Of a stretch of DNA of 64,000 nt, positions 56,601-63,114 are shown piece after piece. The stretch comes from a virus: the IMG/VR virus record IMGVR_UViG_3300045988_173726, positions 160,001-224,000 of that record; one strand, written 5' to 3'. Positions within the stretch are counted from its first letter, which is position 1, and each line of letters starts with the position of its first letter. The position numbers and the translations under genes are program-made. Under the pieces are notes generated by a model, which did not search any database, was not told where the DNA came from, and saw only the letters and a program-made list of their open reading frames with translations.

Positions 56601-57523
56601 GCAGAGAACGGACGGATGCAGACGATTTTAGCTTGGCTATGGTTGGTGCTATTGTGGTTGCGGTGGTGCTAATTTTTGTAATAGCTGGGCTTGTGACGCA
56701 TTGGGAGAAGAAAGAGGCTTCTGAAAACTTAAAAGGCGACCCGTCAAGGGTAAACGCAGTGGTGGAGTCCGCACGGGTAACATATTGGTCGAAAGATAGG
56801 CTTGACGGGTTAAAGATACAGTTCGGGGGCGAAGTTTATACGCCAAAGGTTACACCTGTGGCTCGGAATTATAGCGTAGTTCACCGAGGACATGGGAACT
56901 CTGGTGTTGGAGTTTATGAGAAGTCGGATGGGAAGCTTGGGATTGGCTTTGTATCTGGAACAGGTTACGGATGGTATATTGGTTCGGATGGAGAGACGGG
57001 GACAGGCTGGGTTGTGAGTGGTAGTAATACGCCGACAACGCGCGAGAGCGTAACTGCTGTTAGGTATCTGTACAGCTTTAATGTCCCTGTAGGTGTGTAT
57101 GCGAATGACGGTGGCAGTCTTGTAAATCCAGACTGCGGTGCAGAGTGCAGTGTAATTTTGCCTAATGGTGGGATAGAGAGGTTTTTATTTTCTGCGAAGT
57201 ATGACTTAGTGAATCGAGGCTACGACATATTGTCGGTATCAAAGACAGGGCTAGGAAGTGCCTATGACATTGAGTGTGGAGTATATAGGGTAAATCTTCG
57301 ACTTAATAACCTTACGGTCGGAAAGACTTATATTCTTGGCGGGTATCGGTTTACGGCAGACAGTAAGGAGCGTGAGTGTGTGATAGATATTCCGAATTAC
57401 GGAGTTTATTACAGGGAGCTTGGCGACCAAGCTGTGTATCGGGTTGACTTATCGAGTATAGACGAGCAGGGGAATGCGGAGCTTGAGCTACGGTTTAATG
57501 TATATTGCGGTCGGGTAGATTAA
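56597..57523 (+). CDS. single-pass membrane protein, paralog family B
   Basis: TM, then SRVNAVVESARVTYWSKDRLDGLKIQFGGEVYTP. C-terminal YRVNLRLNNLTVGKTYILGGYRFTADSKERECVIDIPNYG. Confidence 0.65.
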   Translation: MSRERTDADDFSLAMVGAIVVAVVLIFVIAGLVTHWEKKEASENLKGDPSRVNAVVESARVTYWSKDRLDGLKIQFGGEVYTPKVTPVARNYSVVHRGHGNSGVGVYEKSDGKLGIGFVSGTGYGWYIGSDGETGTGWVVSGSNTPTTRESVTAVRYLYSFNVPVGVYANDGGSLVNPDCGAECSVILPNGGIERFLFSAKYDLVNRGYDILSVSKTGLGSAYDIECGVYRVNLRLNNLTVGKTYILGGYRFTADSKERECVIDIPNYGVYYRELGDQAVYRVDLSSIDEQGNAELELRFNVYCGRVD

Positions 57524-57551
57524 GCGGCGCAAGCCCTTTGTACAAATCTTA

Positions 57552-57580
57552 TTGACAGGTTTCTATTAGCCTGTTATGAT
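57552..57580 (+). promoter_or_regulatory. sigma-A type promoter
   Basis: TTGACA, a 17 nt spacer, then TATGAT. Confidence 0.65.
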
Positions 57581-57625
57581 TATCTCATAGCAAAGCATTT
57601 AAGGCTTGGGTGGGGGAGATAGAAG

Positions 57626-58375
57626 ATGTATAACAGAGGGCTAATGGACGATATGATTGTTGTGGGGACTGGGGTTTTTCTGGCTCTGCTTTTATGTGGG
57701 GGTTTAATTGTCCATGAGGAGATAAAGGATAGAACAGGGGATGTTAGCCCGATAGAGGTTGAGTTCTTGTCGGTGTCGCCTTGCCTTTACGATAAGACAC
57801 CGATAGGTGGAACACTGCTTTCCGCAAGCGGAGAGAATAGCGGGTTAAAGACGGGTGACCCGATTTCGTATCAGTCGGGGCGTGCAGGGTATGTTTATCA
57901 GCAGAACAGTGGGCTTGGTGTTTATACATATTCCTCAAACGATATGTTGTTTTCGTGCTACGCAGAGGTTGTTCCGACACAGGACGCGAAGGGGAACTGG
58001 AATGCAGGATTTAATTTGTTGTCCCCGAGCGGAGATACAGTAAATGTAGGCTTTAAGGCAAGTTCAAATCGCAGAAAGACAGAATACAGCTTGATTAGCG
58101 GGGGTAACACTTCGCTCGACACAGGTATTTATGGTTTCATGCTAAAGTTTAGTGGTTTAACGGTGGGAGATAGATATGTGTTTGCGGGGCAGGAGTTGCA
58201 TGTTTCCGAGGACGGAAGTGCGATAGCGAGTGTTCTTACGCCTTGCGGGGGAGTCGGGTTTACTCGGGAAGGCACGCTTTCACAGCATGGCTATCATTAT
58301 CTAAATCTGGTTAAGATTTTGGATAGTGGCACGGTAGAGAAAGAGATTGAGTTTAGCATCGAGATGGCACATTAA
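57626..58375 (+). CDS. single-pass membrane protein, paralog family B
   Basis: TM. C-terminal GFMLKFSGLTVGDRYVFAGQELHVSEDGSA. Confidence 0.65.
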   Translation: MYNRGLMDDMIVVGTGVFLALLLCGGLIVHEEIKDRTGDVSPIEVEFLSVSPCLYDKTPIGGTLLSASGENSGLKTGDPISYQSGRAGYVYQQNSGLGVYTYSSNDMLFSCYAEVVPTQDAKGNWNAGFNLLSPSGDTVNVGFKASSNRRKTEYSLISGGNTSLDTGIYGFMLKFSGLTVGDRYVFAGQELHVSEDGSAIASVLTPCGGVGFTREGTLSQHGYHYLNLVKILDSGTVEKEIEFSIEMAH

Positions 58376-58388
58376 GGGGGAGTGGGAG

Positions 58389-58583
58389 ATGGTTTTCTCG
58401 GTAATGCTCTGTATTGCGAGTCTGTGTATGCTCGTTAATACGCTGAAAGAGAAGGAAGTTCCTGCCGAGCGGTTTGTCGGGTTTGGGATTCTGTTTATTT
58501 TGTGGGGTGTTACCGTCTTGTTTCCGAGCTTCGGAGAAGCCCCTGCCGAGCTGGTGAGGTCAATGTTTAATGGTGGAAGTTAG
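58389..58583 (+). CDS. small two-TM membrane protein
   Basis: Start moved to ATG 58389 (SD AAGGGGGAG). 64 aa, hydrophobic. Confidence 0.5.
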   Translation: MVFSVMLCIASLCMLVNTLKEKEVPAERFVGFGILFILWGVTVLFPSFGEAPAELVRSMFNGGS

Positions 58584-58832
58584 ACGGTTTATTCAGCGCA
58601 TCAGAAGCGATATTTGCCGTTACAGGATTCGCCTTTATTTGTATGATACTGCGAAAATTCGCAGTATCATCGTGGTAACTATTTGTGTGGTTATAGCTTG
58701 TCTTTATATATACAGCGTTGGACAGGCGCGTTTAGAAGAAATTCGGTATATAAGGGGACACACTGTAGTTAGGTTTTAAGTATCGTAGCGTTCCGCGATT
58801 ATCCGATAAAGCTAAAGAGGGGGTATATAGGG

Positions 58833-59510
58833 TTGTTTGAGAAATTGTATGGGCGATACAAAAATGTATTTGATGGCATATTAGTAGCCTTTGCGCTAGT
58901 TGTATTTGTTTGCTTTGTCTTATTGTTTTGTGGGTGGGTCAGCCCGTCTTGCAAGCGGCATAGTCCCATCACAAGTTCCGTGAAAGTAAGCTTCGAGTCA
59001 GTAACGCTTTGTTATTATTCATACTCTCCTGTTAGCTGTAGTTGGATGTACGGAGACAATATAGCGAGTCCAGAGCCGACAGTTGGGGCAGTCGGAATAA
59101 TGTCTAAAAGCGAATTGTATTCCTATCCGTCTTTCCCTTTAACTGTAACAGACAGCAATAGCGGTTCTAAGATGGCTGGTTGCGCTCTTCTTGTGAACAA
59201 TAATCCCGCAGATTGCAGTGTTTATCTGGACAGTGACAATACGCTTTCTGCCGAAGCTAAATTCGAGTGTTCGAAGGAACAGCTAGGTATATTGGGCGGT
59301 CGTGTTAGGTTTAGTGGCTTGACTTACGGGAAGAACTATGTGTTTGACGGAAAGAGATTGGATGTGCAAGAGGACGGCACAGCGGTCGGAGAGTTTGTGT
59401 CTATGGACGTTTACGGAGGGGTTTATTATATCCCGCTATTGGAAGTTGATGCAGGAGAGCAGATTAGTCTATTGGAGATAGGAGTCAAGAGACTCGTTCC
59501 TTGGGATTAA
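58833..59510 (+). CDS. single-pass membrane protein, paralog family B
   Basis: TM. C-terminal GGRVRFSGLTYGKNYVFDGKRLDVQEDGTAVGEF. Confidence 0.65.
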   Translation: MFEKLYGRYKNVFDGILVAFALVVFVCFVLLFCGWVSPSCKRHSPITSSVKVSFESVTLCYYSYSPVSCSWMYGDNIASPEPTVGAVGIMSKSELYSYPSFPLTVTDSNSGSKMAGCALLVNNNPADCSVYLDSDNTLSAEAKFECSKEQLGILGGRVRFSGLTYGKNYVFDGKRLDVQEDGTAVGEFVSMDVYGGVYYIPLLEVDAGEQISLLEIGVKRLVPWD

Positions 59511-59566
59511 CGGCGGTATGCGTTAAGCGTGCAGAAGTTAGATAGTGTGAGTTTGGAGGTGTAATT

Positions 59567-59674
59567 GTGAAGTTTAATCGAACGGCAGTCAGTATGGTTG
59601 TAGTTATCTGTATAGGACTTTTAATATTGAGTGTGCTTTCATTTGTTGAGGCAGGGGGTTTAGGTAGAATATGA
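59567..59674 (+). CDS. 35 aa hydrophobic peptide (not in the ORF track)
   Basis: GTG start after the strong SD GGAGGTG. Translation VKFNRTAVSMVVVICIGLLILSVLSFVEAGGLGRI. Its stop overlaps ATG 59671 (ATGA). Confidence 0.4.
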   Translation: MKFNRTAVSMVVVICIGLLILSVLSFVEAGGLGRI

Positions 59675-60516
59675 TTGTAACAGCGGAGACTTTTATTCCT
59701 GCCCTTTTGGGGATTATGCTTGGCTTGATGGTGATATTTATTGCCAGCCTTTGGGTAATCAAGCGTTATGTGTTGTCTGCCTCTCTTGCTATATTAGCCG
59801 CATGTGCGGTATTTACTGTATTTATAGGCTCTATCATATGGTTTTGCAACGATGCTCCAGTAGATAAGCCAGATTTTATACCTAGGGCAAGTAACGAAGT
59901 AATTTCTGGCAGTAACACTAGTATTAACTTCGAATCCTTAACAGTTACAGGCTATTCTGTTGGTTCTCCAGTTCCCTGTAGTTACTCTTCTAACGGGAGT
60001 GTAGGCGGTTCAGCTTCGATTCAGAGTGGTAGTGTTAATGGAGATATGAATACTAGCTTTAATTGGTATGCCTATCCTATGACCGTGCCTGTTGATAGCC
60101 AAAATTCTGGGAGCTTAGTGTCTTTTGGCATTCTGTTTGATAACTTGTCAGCTAATTGCAGTGTAAATCTTTCTTCTCCTGCTACAAACGGAGACAACAA
60201 GTATATTTTGAACGCGAAAGCCGACTTTAATAACGGGGTGTCAGAGTCGTTTGGAATTGCTGGTGGTAAGGTGCGGTTTAGCGGGTTGCAGTACGGAAAG
60301 AGTTATGCTTTTGGTGATAAGAGCCTTACAGTGGCAGAGGATGGAACGGCAGAGGTAGAGTTTACTGTTCCAGACTACGGGTATGTGGACAGTATGTTTC
60401 CAGATTTGTATTCGGTTAGGCTTGTAAAAGCCGAGGGAAATTCCTTGGAGACAGAGTTAATTTTGTATGTGAAGCGTCCAATAAAGAGGGCTGTGGATGT
60501 GCGAGCGGGGAAGTGA
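59671..60516 (+). CDS. membrane protein, paralog family B
   Basis: Two N-terminal hydrophobic helices. C-terminal GGKVRFSGLQYGKSYAFGDKSLTVAEDGTAEVEF. Confidence 0.65.
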   Translation: MIVTAETFIPALLGIMLGLMVIFIASLWVIKRYVLSASLAILAACAVFTVFIGSIIWFCNDAPVDKPDFIPRASNEVISGSNTSINFESLTVTGYSVGSPVPCSYSSNGSVGGSASIQSGSVNGDMNTSFNWYAYPMTVPVDSQNSGSLVSFGILFDNLSANCSVNLSSPATNGDNKYILNAKADFNNGVSESFGIAGGKVRFSGLQYGKSYAFGDKSLTVAEDGTAEVEFTVPDYGYVDSMFPDLYSVRLVKAEGNSLETELILYVKRPIKRAVDVRAGK

Positions 60517-60546
60517 ATTTGGCTAAAAATTTTCCTGTAAAAACAG

Positions 60547-60575
60547 TTGACAGCTTAGAGGCAATCTGCTAGACT
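60547..60575 (+). promoter_or_regulatory. sigma-A type promoter for the tRNA array
   Basis: TTGACA (60547-60552), a 17 nt spacer, then TAGACT (60570-60575). Confidence 0.6.
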
Positions 60576-60738
60576 ATGGTTGTGGTTAAGAGAGAGGCGG
60601 GAGCGGCTGAATCGTCATGGGACTTTTACAGGTTCTGCGCATCTCAAGACCACTTAAGAGAGGGGATAGCGTTATCTCCTAGCGCAGAGGGTACTGCGGG
60701 ATGCGCGGCGTTTAACAGAGTTTAAGCGCCGTAAGGAA

Positions 60739-60811
60739 CGGGATGTGGCTCAAGTGGTAGAGCGCTTGCTTTGGGAGCAAGACGTTGCAGGTTCAAGTCC
60801 TGTCATTCCGA
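60739..60811 (+). tRNA. tRNA-Pro (anticodon TGG)
   Basis: Hand-folded 73 nt cloverleaf. Acceptor CGGGATG/CATTCCG, D GCTC/GAGC, anticodon arm CTTGC-TTTGGGA-GCAAG, T GCAGG-TTCAAGT-CCTGT. Confidence 0.85.
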
Positions 60812-60884
60812 TTTACCGTATGGGGATGTACGGTAAGCCACTTTGCCTCCTTACAATGTGGGATTTTCCAGACGGATAGACGGT

Positions 60885-60950
60885 GTGGCGGTAGTGTAGA
60901 GGGAGCATGACGCTAAGGCGTAGGAGCGGGTTCGAGCCTCGCCCGTCACA
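60885..60950 (+). ncRNA. tRNA-like element lacking a normal anticodon arm (E2)
   Basis: Acceptor GTGGCGG/CCGTCAC. D-like GTGT-AGAGGGA-GCAT. T arm GCGGG-TTCGAGC-CTCGC. The anticodon-arm position holds only ACGC-TAAG-GCGT. 66 nt total. Confidence 0.5.
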
Positions 60951-61130
60951 TTAGCTGACTTCGGTCAGCGAACATTTTCCTCATCTCCAACAAACAGAGC
61001 GGCGAGTGCGTGAATACCATTCGCCTCGGATACGCGACATATGGTCGCCGCTGGGTGCAAGTCCTAGGTATCCGATTTGCTAGAGCATCCGTGAACAGTG
61101 CTTTAGCGGTTAACCAATCAAATTGTCTTG

Positions 61131-61190
61131 GAAGTCAGTAGTTTAGTGGTAAAACGCTTTGAGACGCGGGTTCGAGTCCCGTCTGACTTC
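61131..61190 (+). ncRNA. tRNA-like element lacking an anticodon arm, with a G(-1):C73-type 8 bp acceptor helix (E4)
   Basis: G + AAGTCAG / CTGACTT + C. D arm GTTT-AGTGGTA-AAAC. T arm GCGGG-TTCGAGT-CCCGT. Only 10 nt (GCTTTGAGAC) lie between the D and T arms. 60 nt total. Confidence 0.55.
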
Positions 61191-61260
61191 TTCCGTCCCT
61201 CGGAATTTCCCCCGTTGGCTTGAGAAGGCTCACCGACACACAACTCCGAGGAGACGGTTT

Positions 61261-61306
61261 ACGGGCGCGGTAAGGCGCAGTGGGGGTTCAACTTCCCCCG
61301 CCCGTT
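61261..61306 (+). ncRNA. minimal acceptor plus T-arm element (E5)
   Basis: Acceptor ACGGGCG/CGCCCGT. T arm GGGGG-TTCAACT-TCCCC with a G:T at the 53-61 position. 14 nt linker. 46 nt total. Confidence 0.35.
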
Positions 61307-61368
61307 CTGTGCGGTCGTTGTCTTGCAAAATACCTGCCAAGTGAGACAGCGCTCCGCACTCCCCCCAA

Positions 61369-61442
61369 GGAAAGGTGGCTCAATAGGTGAGAGCATTCGG
61401 CTCATAACCGAACGGTTGCGGGTTCGAGTCCCGCCCTTTCCA
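61369..61442 (+). tRNA. tRNA with anticodon CAT (elongator Met or Ile2/lysidine type; not an initiator)
   Basis: 74 nt cloverleaf. Acceptor GGAAAGG/CCTTTCC (1-72 paired, so not fMet). D GCTC/GAGC. Anticodon arm TTCGG-CTCATAA-CCGAA. T GCGGG-TTCGAGT-CCCGC. Confidence 0.85.
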
Positions 61443-61455
61443 CTAGAGTTTTTAG

Positions 61456-61519
61456 ACGACAGTAGTTTACGGGAATGCGCCAAAGGCGCGGAGAGAGGTT
61501 CGATTCCTTTCCTGTCGTA
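61456..61519 (+). ncRNA. tRNA-like element with a triloop hairpin in place of the anticodon arm (E7)
   Basis: Acceptor ACGACAG/CTGTCGT. T arm AGAGG-TTCGATT-CCTTT (plus one extra C). Central hairpin GCGCC-AAA-GGCGC. No clear D stem. 64 nt total. Confidence 0.45.
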
Positions 61520-61587
61520 TAGCCGTAGTTCCGTGATACTCCATATCTGCTACGGTGAATCCTTTCTGGTACCTGCTGGTGCTTGGT

Positions 61588-61652
61588 TGTGCGGTAGCTT
61601 AACGGCTAGAGCTAGGCGTAGTCCGATGCGGGTTCGACTCCCGCCTGCACAA
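61588..61652 (+). ncRNA. tRNA-like element lacking an anticodon arm (E8)
   Basis: Acceptor TGTGCGG/CTGCACA. D arm GCTT-AACGGCTA-GAGC. T arm GCGGG-TTCGACT-CCCGC. Only 15 nt (TAGGCGTAGTCCGAT) sit where about 22-23 nt are expected. 65 nt total. Confidence 0.55.
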
Positions 61653-61826
61653 TTTGTCCGAAGGTCGGGCAAAAATACTATGGTTTCGATTACTCGGTAG
61701 GGCGTTCGTTTAAGCGGAAAGACGGCATATTGCCATGTAGGTTCGACTCCTACGCGCCTACTCGTAACTGTAGAGTTTGGTTGGGCTTTGCAGTTACGGG
61801 ATACAAGCCCAGAGTTTGTATCCTAC

Positions 61827-61900
61827 GCTTTGTTAGTTCAGTTGGGAGAACGCACGGCTGTAAAGCGTGGTCGCCATTGGTTCGAGTCCAATACAGAGCG
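61827..61900 (+). tRNA. atypical class I tRNA with anticodon GTA (Tyr-like)
   Basis: Acceptor GCTTTGT/ACAGAGC. D GTTC-AGTTGGGA-GAAC. Anticodon arm CACGG-CTGTAAA-GCGTG with a G:G at 31-39. 6 nt variable region and no long variable arm. T ATTGG-TTCGAGT-CCAAT. Confidence 0.6.
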
Positions 61901-61929
61901 TTAGACCATATGGTCTAAAGAGTTTATCT

Positions 61930-62008
61930 GCTGTCGTGGTGGAATAGGTATACACGGCGGACTTAAAATCCGCTGGCTTCGAGCCATGTTCAAATCCGAC
62001 CGTCAGCA
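61930..62008 (+). pseudogene. tRNA-Leu(TAA)-like with an unpaired T stem (probable pseudogene)
   Basis: Good D arm (GTG/CAC), anticodon arm GCGGA-CTTAAAA-TCCGC and variable hairpin GGCT-TCG-AGCC. The T-stem strands CCATG / CCGAC do not pair, and the acceptor has a T:T mismatch. Confidence 0.5.
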
Positions 62009-62170
62009 TTGCTTGTGCCATAGATGCCCTAAGTATTGTTCCTTGGAGCAGGATGCAGGCATCACAAGTAGAACTTCCGTCTAAGCGAGGCGAATGCTCC
62101 AGTCCTTGCGATGACGGGGAGAGCCGAAGTTCAAATCATTAGAGTAGGCATAGTTATAGGCTTTCAGTGT

Positions 62171-62258
62171 GGAGAGGTACTCAAGTGGTTTAAGAGAACG
62201 GTCTTGAAAACCGTGAGGTCGTGAAAACGGCGCGAGGGTTCAAATCCCTCCTTCTCCG
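62171..62258 (+). tRNA. tRNA-Ser (anticodon TGA)
   Basis: 88 nt class II fold. Acceptor GGAGAGG/CTTCTCC. Anticodon arm ACGGT-CTTGAAA-ACCGT. Long variable arm. T GAGGG-TTCAAAT-CCCTC. Confidence 0.85.
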
Positions 62259-62398
62259 TTAGAGGTGTTTTGCTGGTTCACCTCTAAACCTCCTTCTTTT
62301 TGGAAACAGCCGTTCGCTTATTTCGGGCAAGATAAGCGGAAAAGTAAGTACTGTGGCTAAGGACGCAGTGTTTACCAGAGGGATGGCGACCCTCATAT

Positions 62399-62486
62399 GG
62401 AGAGATACTCAAGTTGGTGAAGAGGACAGGTTGCTAACCTGTTAGGTCGCGAAAGTGGCGCAAGGGTTCAAGCCCCTTTCTCTCCG
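62399..62486 (+). tRNA. tRNA-Ser (anticodon GCT)
   Basis: 88 nt class II fold. Acceptor GGAGAGA/TCTCTCC. Anticodon arm ACAGG-TTGCTAA-CCTGT. Long variable arm. T AAGGG-TTCAAGC-CCCTT. Confidence 0.85.
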
Positions 62487-62543
62487 TTCTGCCGTTTATT
62501 TCCCTAAGTGTGTGCTTTGGGAGCGAGCGGCAGTATTAAACAG

Positions 62544-62593
62544 TCCTATATAGATGTATTAAACTCAAGATAGTTTAGCATCTCCCTGTAGGA
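62544..62593 (+). repeat. structured 50 nt repeat, copy 1
   Basis: tcctatatagatg...catctccctgtagga. The outer stem TCCTA/TAGGA and inner stem AGATG/CATCT are conserved in copy 2. Confidence 0.7.
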
Positions 62594-62751
62594 CGTAGAT
62601 TACTTGCCTCGTGTGAGCGTAAAGCGTTCACAGAAAAGTATGGGCGTTGCACACGCGCCTATGCACTGCAGAATGCCGCACTGTAAATGCGGAAGCCGAA
62701 TGGCATAAAGTGTCTGCGGGGACAGTGGCTAGGGCGGGCGCTGTCCGATTT

Positions 62752-62825
62752 GAGGCTGTAGCTTATCTGGATAAAGCGACAGATTCCTAATCTGTAGACG
62801 GTAGGTTCGAGTCCTATCAGCCTCA
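62752..62825 (+). tRNA. tRNA-Arg (anticodon CCT)
   Basis: 74 nt. Acceptor GAGGCTG/CAGCCTC. D GCTT/AAGC. Anticodon arm ACAGA-TTCCTAA-TCTGT. T GTAGG-TTCGAGT-CCTAT. Confidence 0.85.
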
Positions 62826-62832
62826 TTGTTTT

Positions 62833-62904
62833 GCCGTGATAGCACAATGGCAGTGCATTTGATTTGTAATCAAAAGGTTATCGGTTCGAGTCCGATTTGC
62901 GGCT
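62833..62904 (+). tRNA. tRNA-Thr (anticodon TGT)
   Basis: 72 nt. Acceptor GCCGTGA/TTGCGGC (two G:T pairs). D GCAC/GTGC. Anticodon arm TTTGA-TTTGTAA-TCAAA. T ATCGG-TTCGAGT-CCGAT. Confidence 0.8.
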
Positions 62905-62907
62905 TAT

Positions 62908-62987
62908 GCCCGCATGGTGGAATAGGCAGACACGCTGGATTTAGGTTCCAGTGGGAAACCGTGTAGGTTCAAATCCTACTGTGGGCA
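62908..62987 (+). tRNA. tRNA-Leu (anticodon TAG)
   Basis: 80 nt. Acceptor GCCCGCA/TGTGGGC. D GTG/CAC. Anticodon arm CTGGA-TTTAGGT-TCCAG. 11 nt variable arm. T GTAGG-TTCAAAT-CCTAC. Confidence 0.8.
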
Positions 62988-62988
62988 T

Positions 62989-63037
62989 TCCTATACAGAT
63001 GTATCAACACAAGATAGTTGGGCATCTCCCTGTAGGA
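62989..63037 (+). repeat. structured 50 nt repeat, copy 2
   Basis: tcctatacagatg...catctccctgtagga, starting 2 nt after tRNA-Leu(TAG). Confidence 0.7.
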
Positions 63038-63114
63038 TGCGTGGCTATCGTAGTTGTTTACCCCTTATGACTGCGGTAGCCCCTTTGTTTGTATAGGGGA
63101 TAGAGGAGGTAGAG

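Noticed and set aside
58570-58779. 69 aa ORF overlapping the end of the 58389 gene
   Set aside because: The coding evidence is weak, it contains a perfect 24 nt palindrome, and it overlaps the upstream gene by 14 nt. It is kept only as a finding about the palindrome.
61027-61075. Element E3: 7 bp stem CGGATAC/GTATCCG enclosing GCGAC-ATATG-GTCGC and a T-arm-like CTGGG-TGCAAGT-CCTAG
   Set aside because: The T-loop is non-canonical (TGCAAGT) and the whole is only 49 nt. It is too weak to call as a tRNA-like gene, though it fits the pattern of the other elements.
61697-61761. Element E9: good T arm GTAGG-TTCGACT-CCTAC plus a GGCA-TAT-TGCC triloop hairpin
   Set aside because: The acceptor pairing needs a bulged G and competes with an alternative CCTAC repeat pairing. 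The D region has no GG loop. It is left uncalled.
61159-62021. Track ORFs inside the tRNA array (61159-61344, 61323-61700, 61730-61918, and minus-strand 61259-61483, 61833-62021, 62659-62847)
   Set aside because: They overlap hand-folded tRNAs and tRNA-like elements, have no ribosome-binding sites, and have arginine/proline-rich translations. The region is better explained as RNA genes.
62009-62170. Possible tRNA around the GTTCAAATC motif at about 62128
   Set aside because: The flanking bases (CGAAG / CATTA) do not form a T stem, and no acceptor pairing was found. It is probably another structured spacer (closing stem TGGAGCA/TGCTCCA).
62259-62300. Hairpin TTAGAGGTG/CACCTCTAA after tRNA-Ser(TGA) as a terminator splitting the array
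   Set aside because: The T-run (CTTCTTTTT) starts about 10 nt after the stem, and canonical tRNAs continue downstream. It is more likely a processing hairpin or a weak attenuator.
62676-62692. Perfect anticodon-arm-like hairpin CCGCA-CTGTAAA-TGCGG (GTA anticodon) as a possible second tRNA-Tyr
   Set aside because: I could not find an acceptor stem, D arm or TTCGA-type T arm in the flanks on either strand.
62544-63037. CRISPR array
   Set aside because: There are only two repeat copies 445 bp apart, separated by tRNA genes. No regular repeat-spacer periodicity exists anywhere in the window, and no cas genes were recognised.
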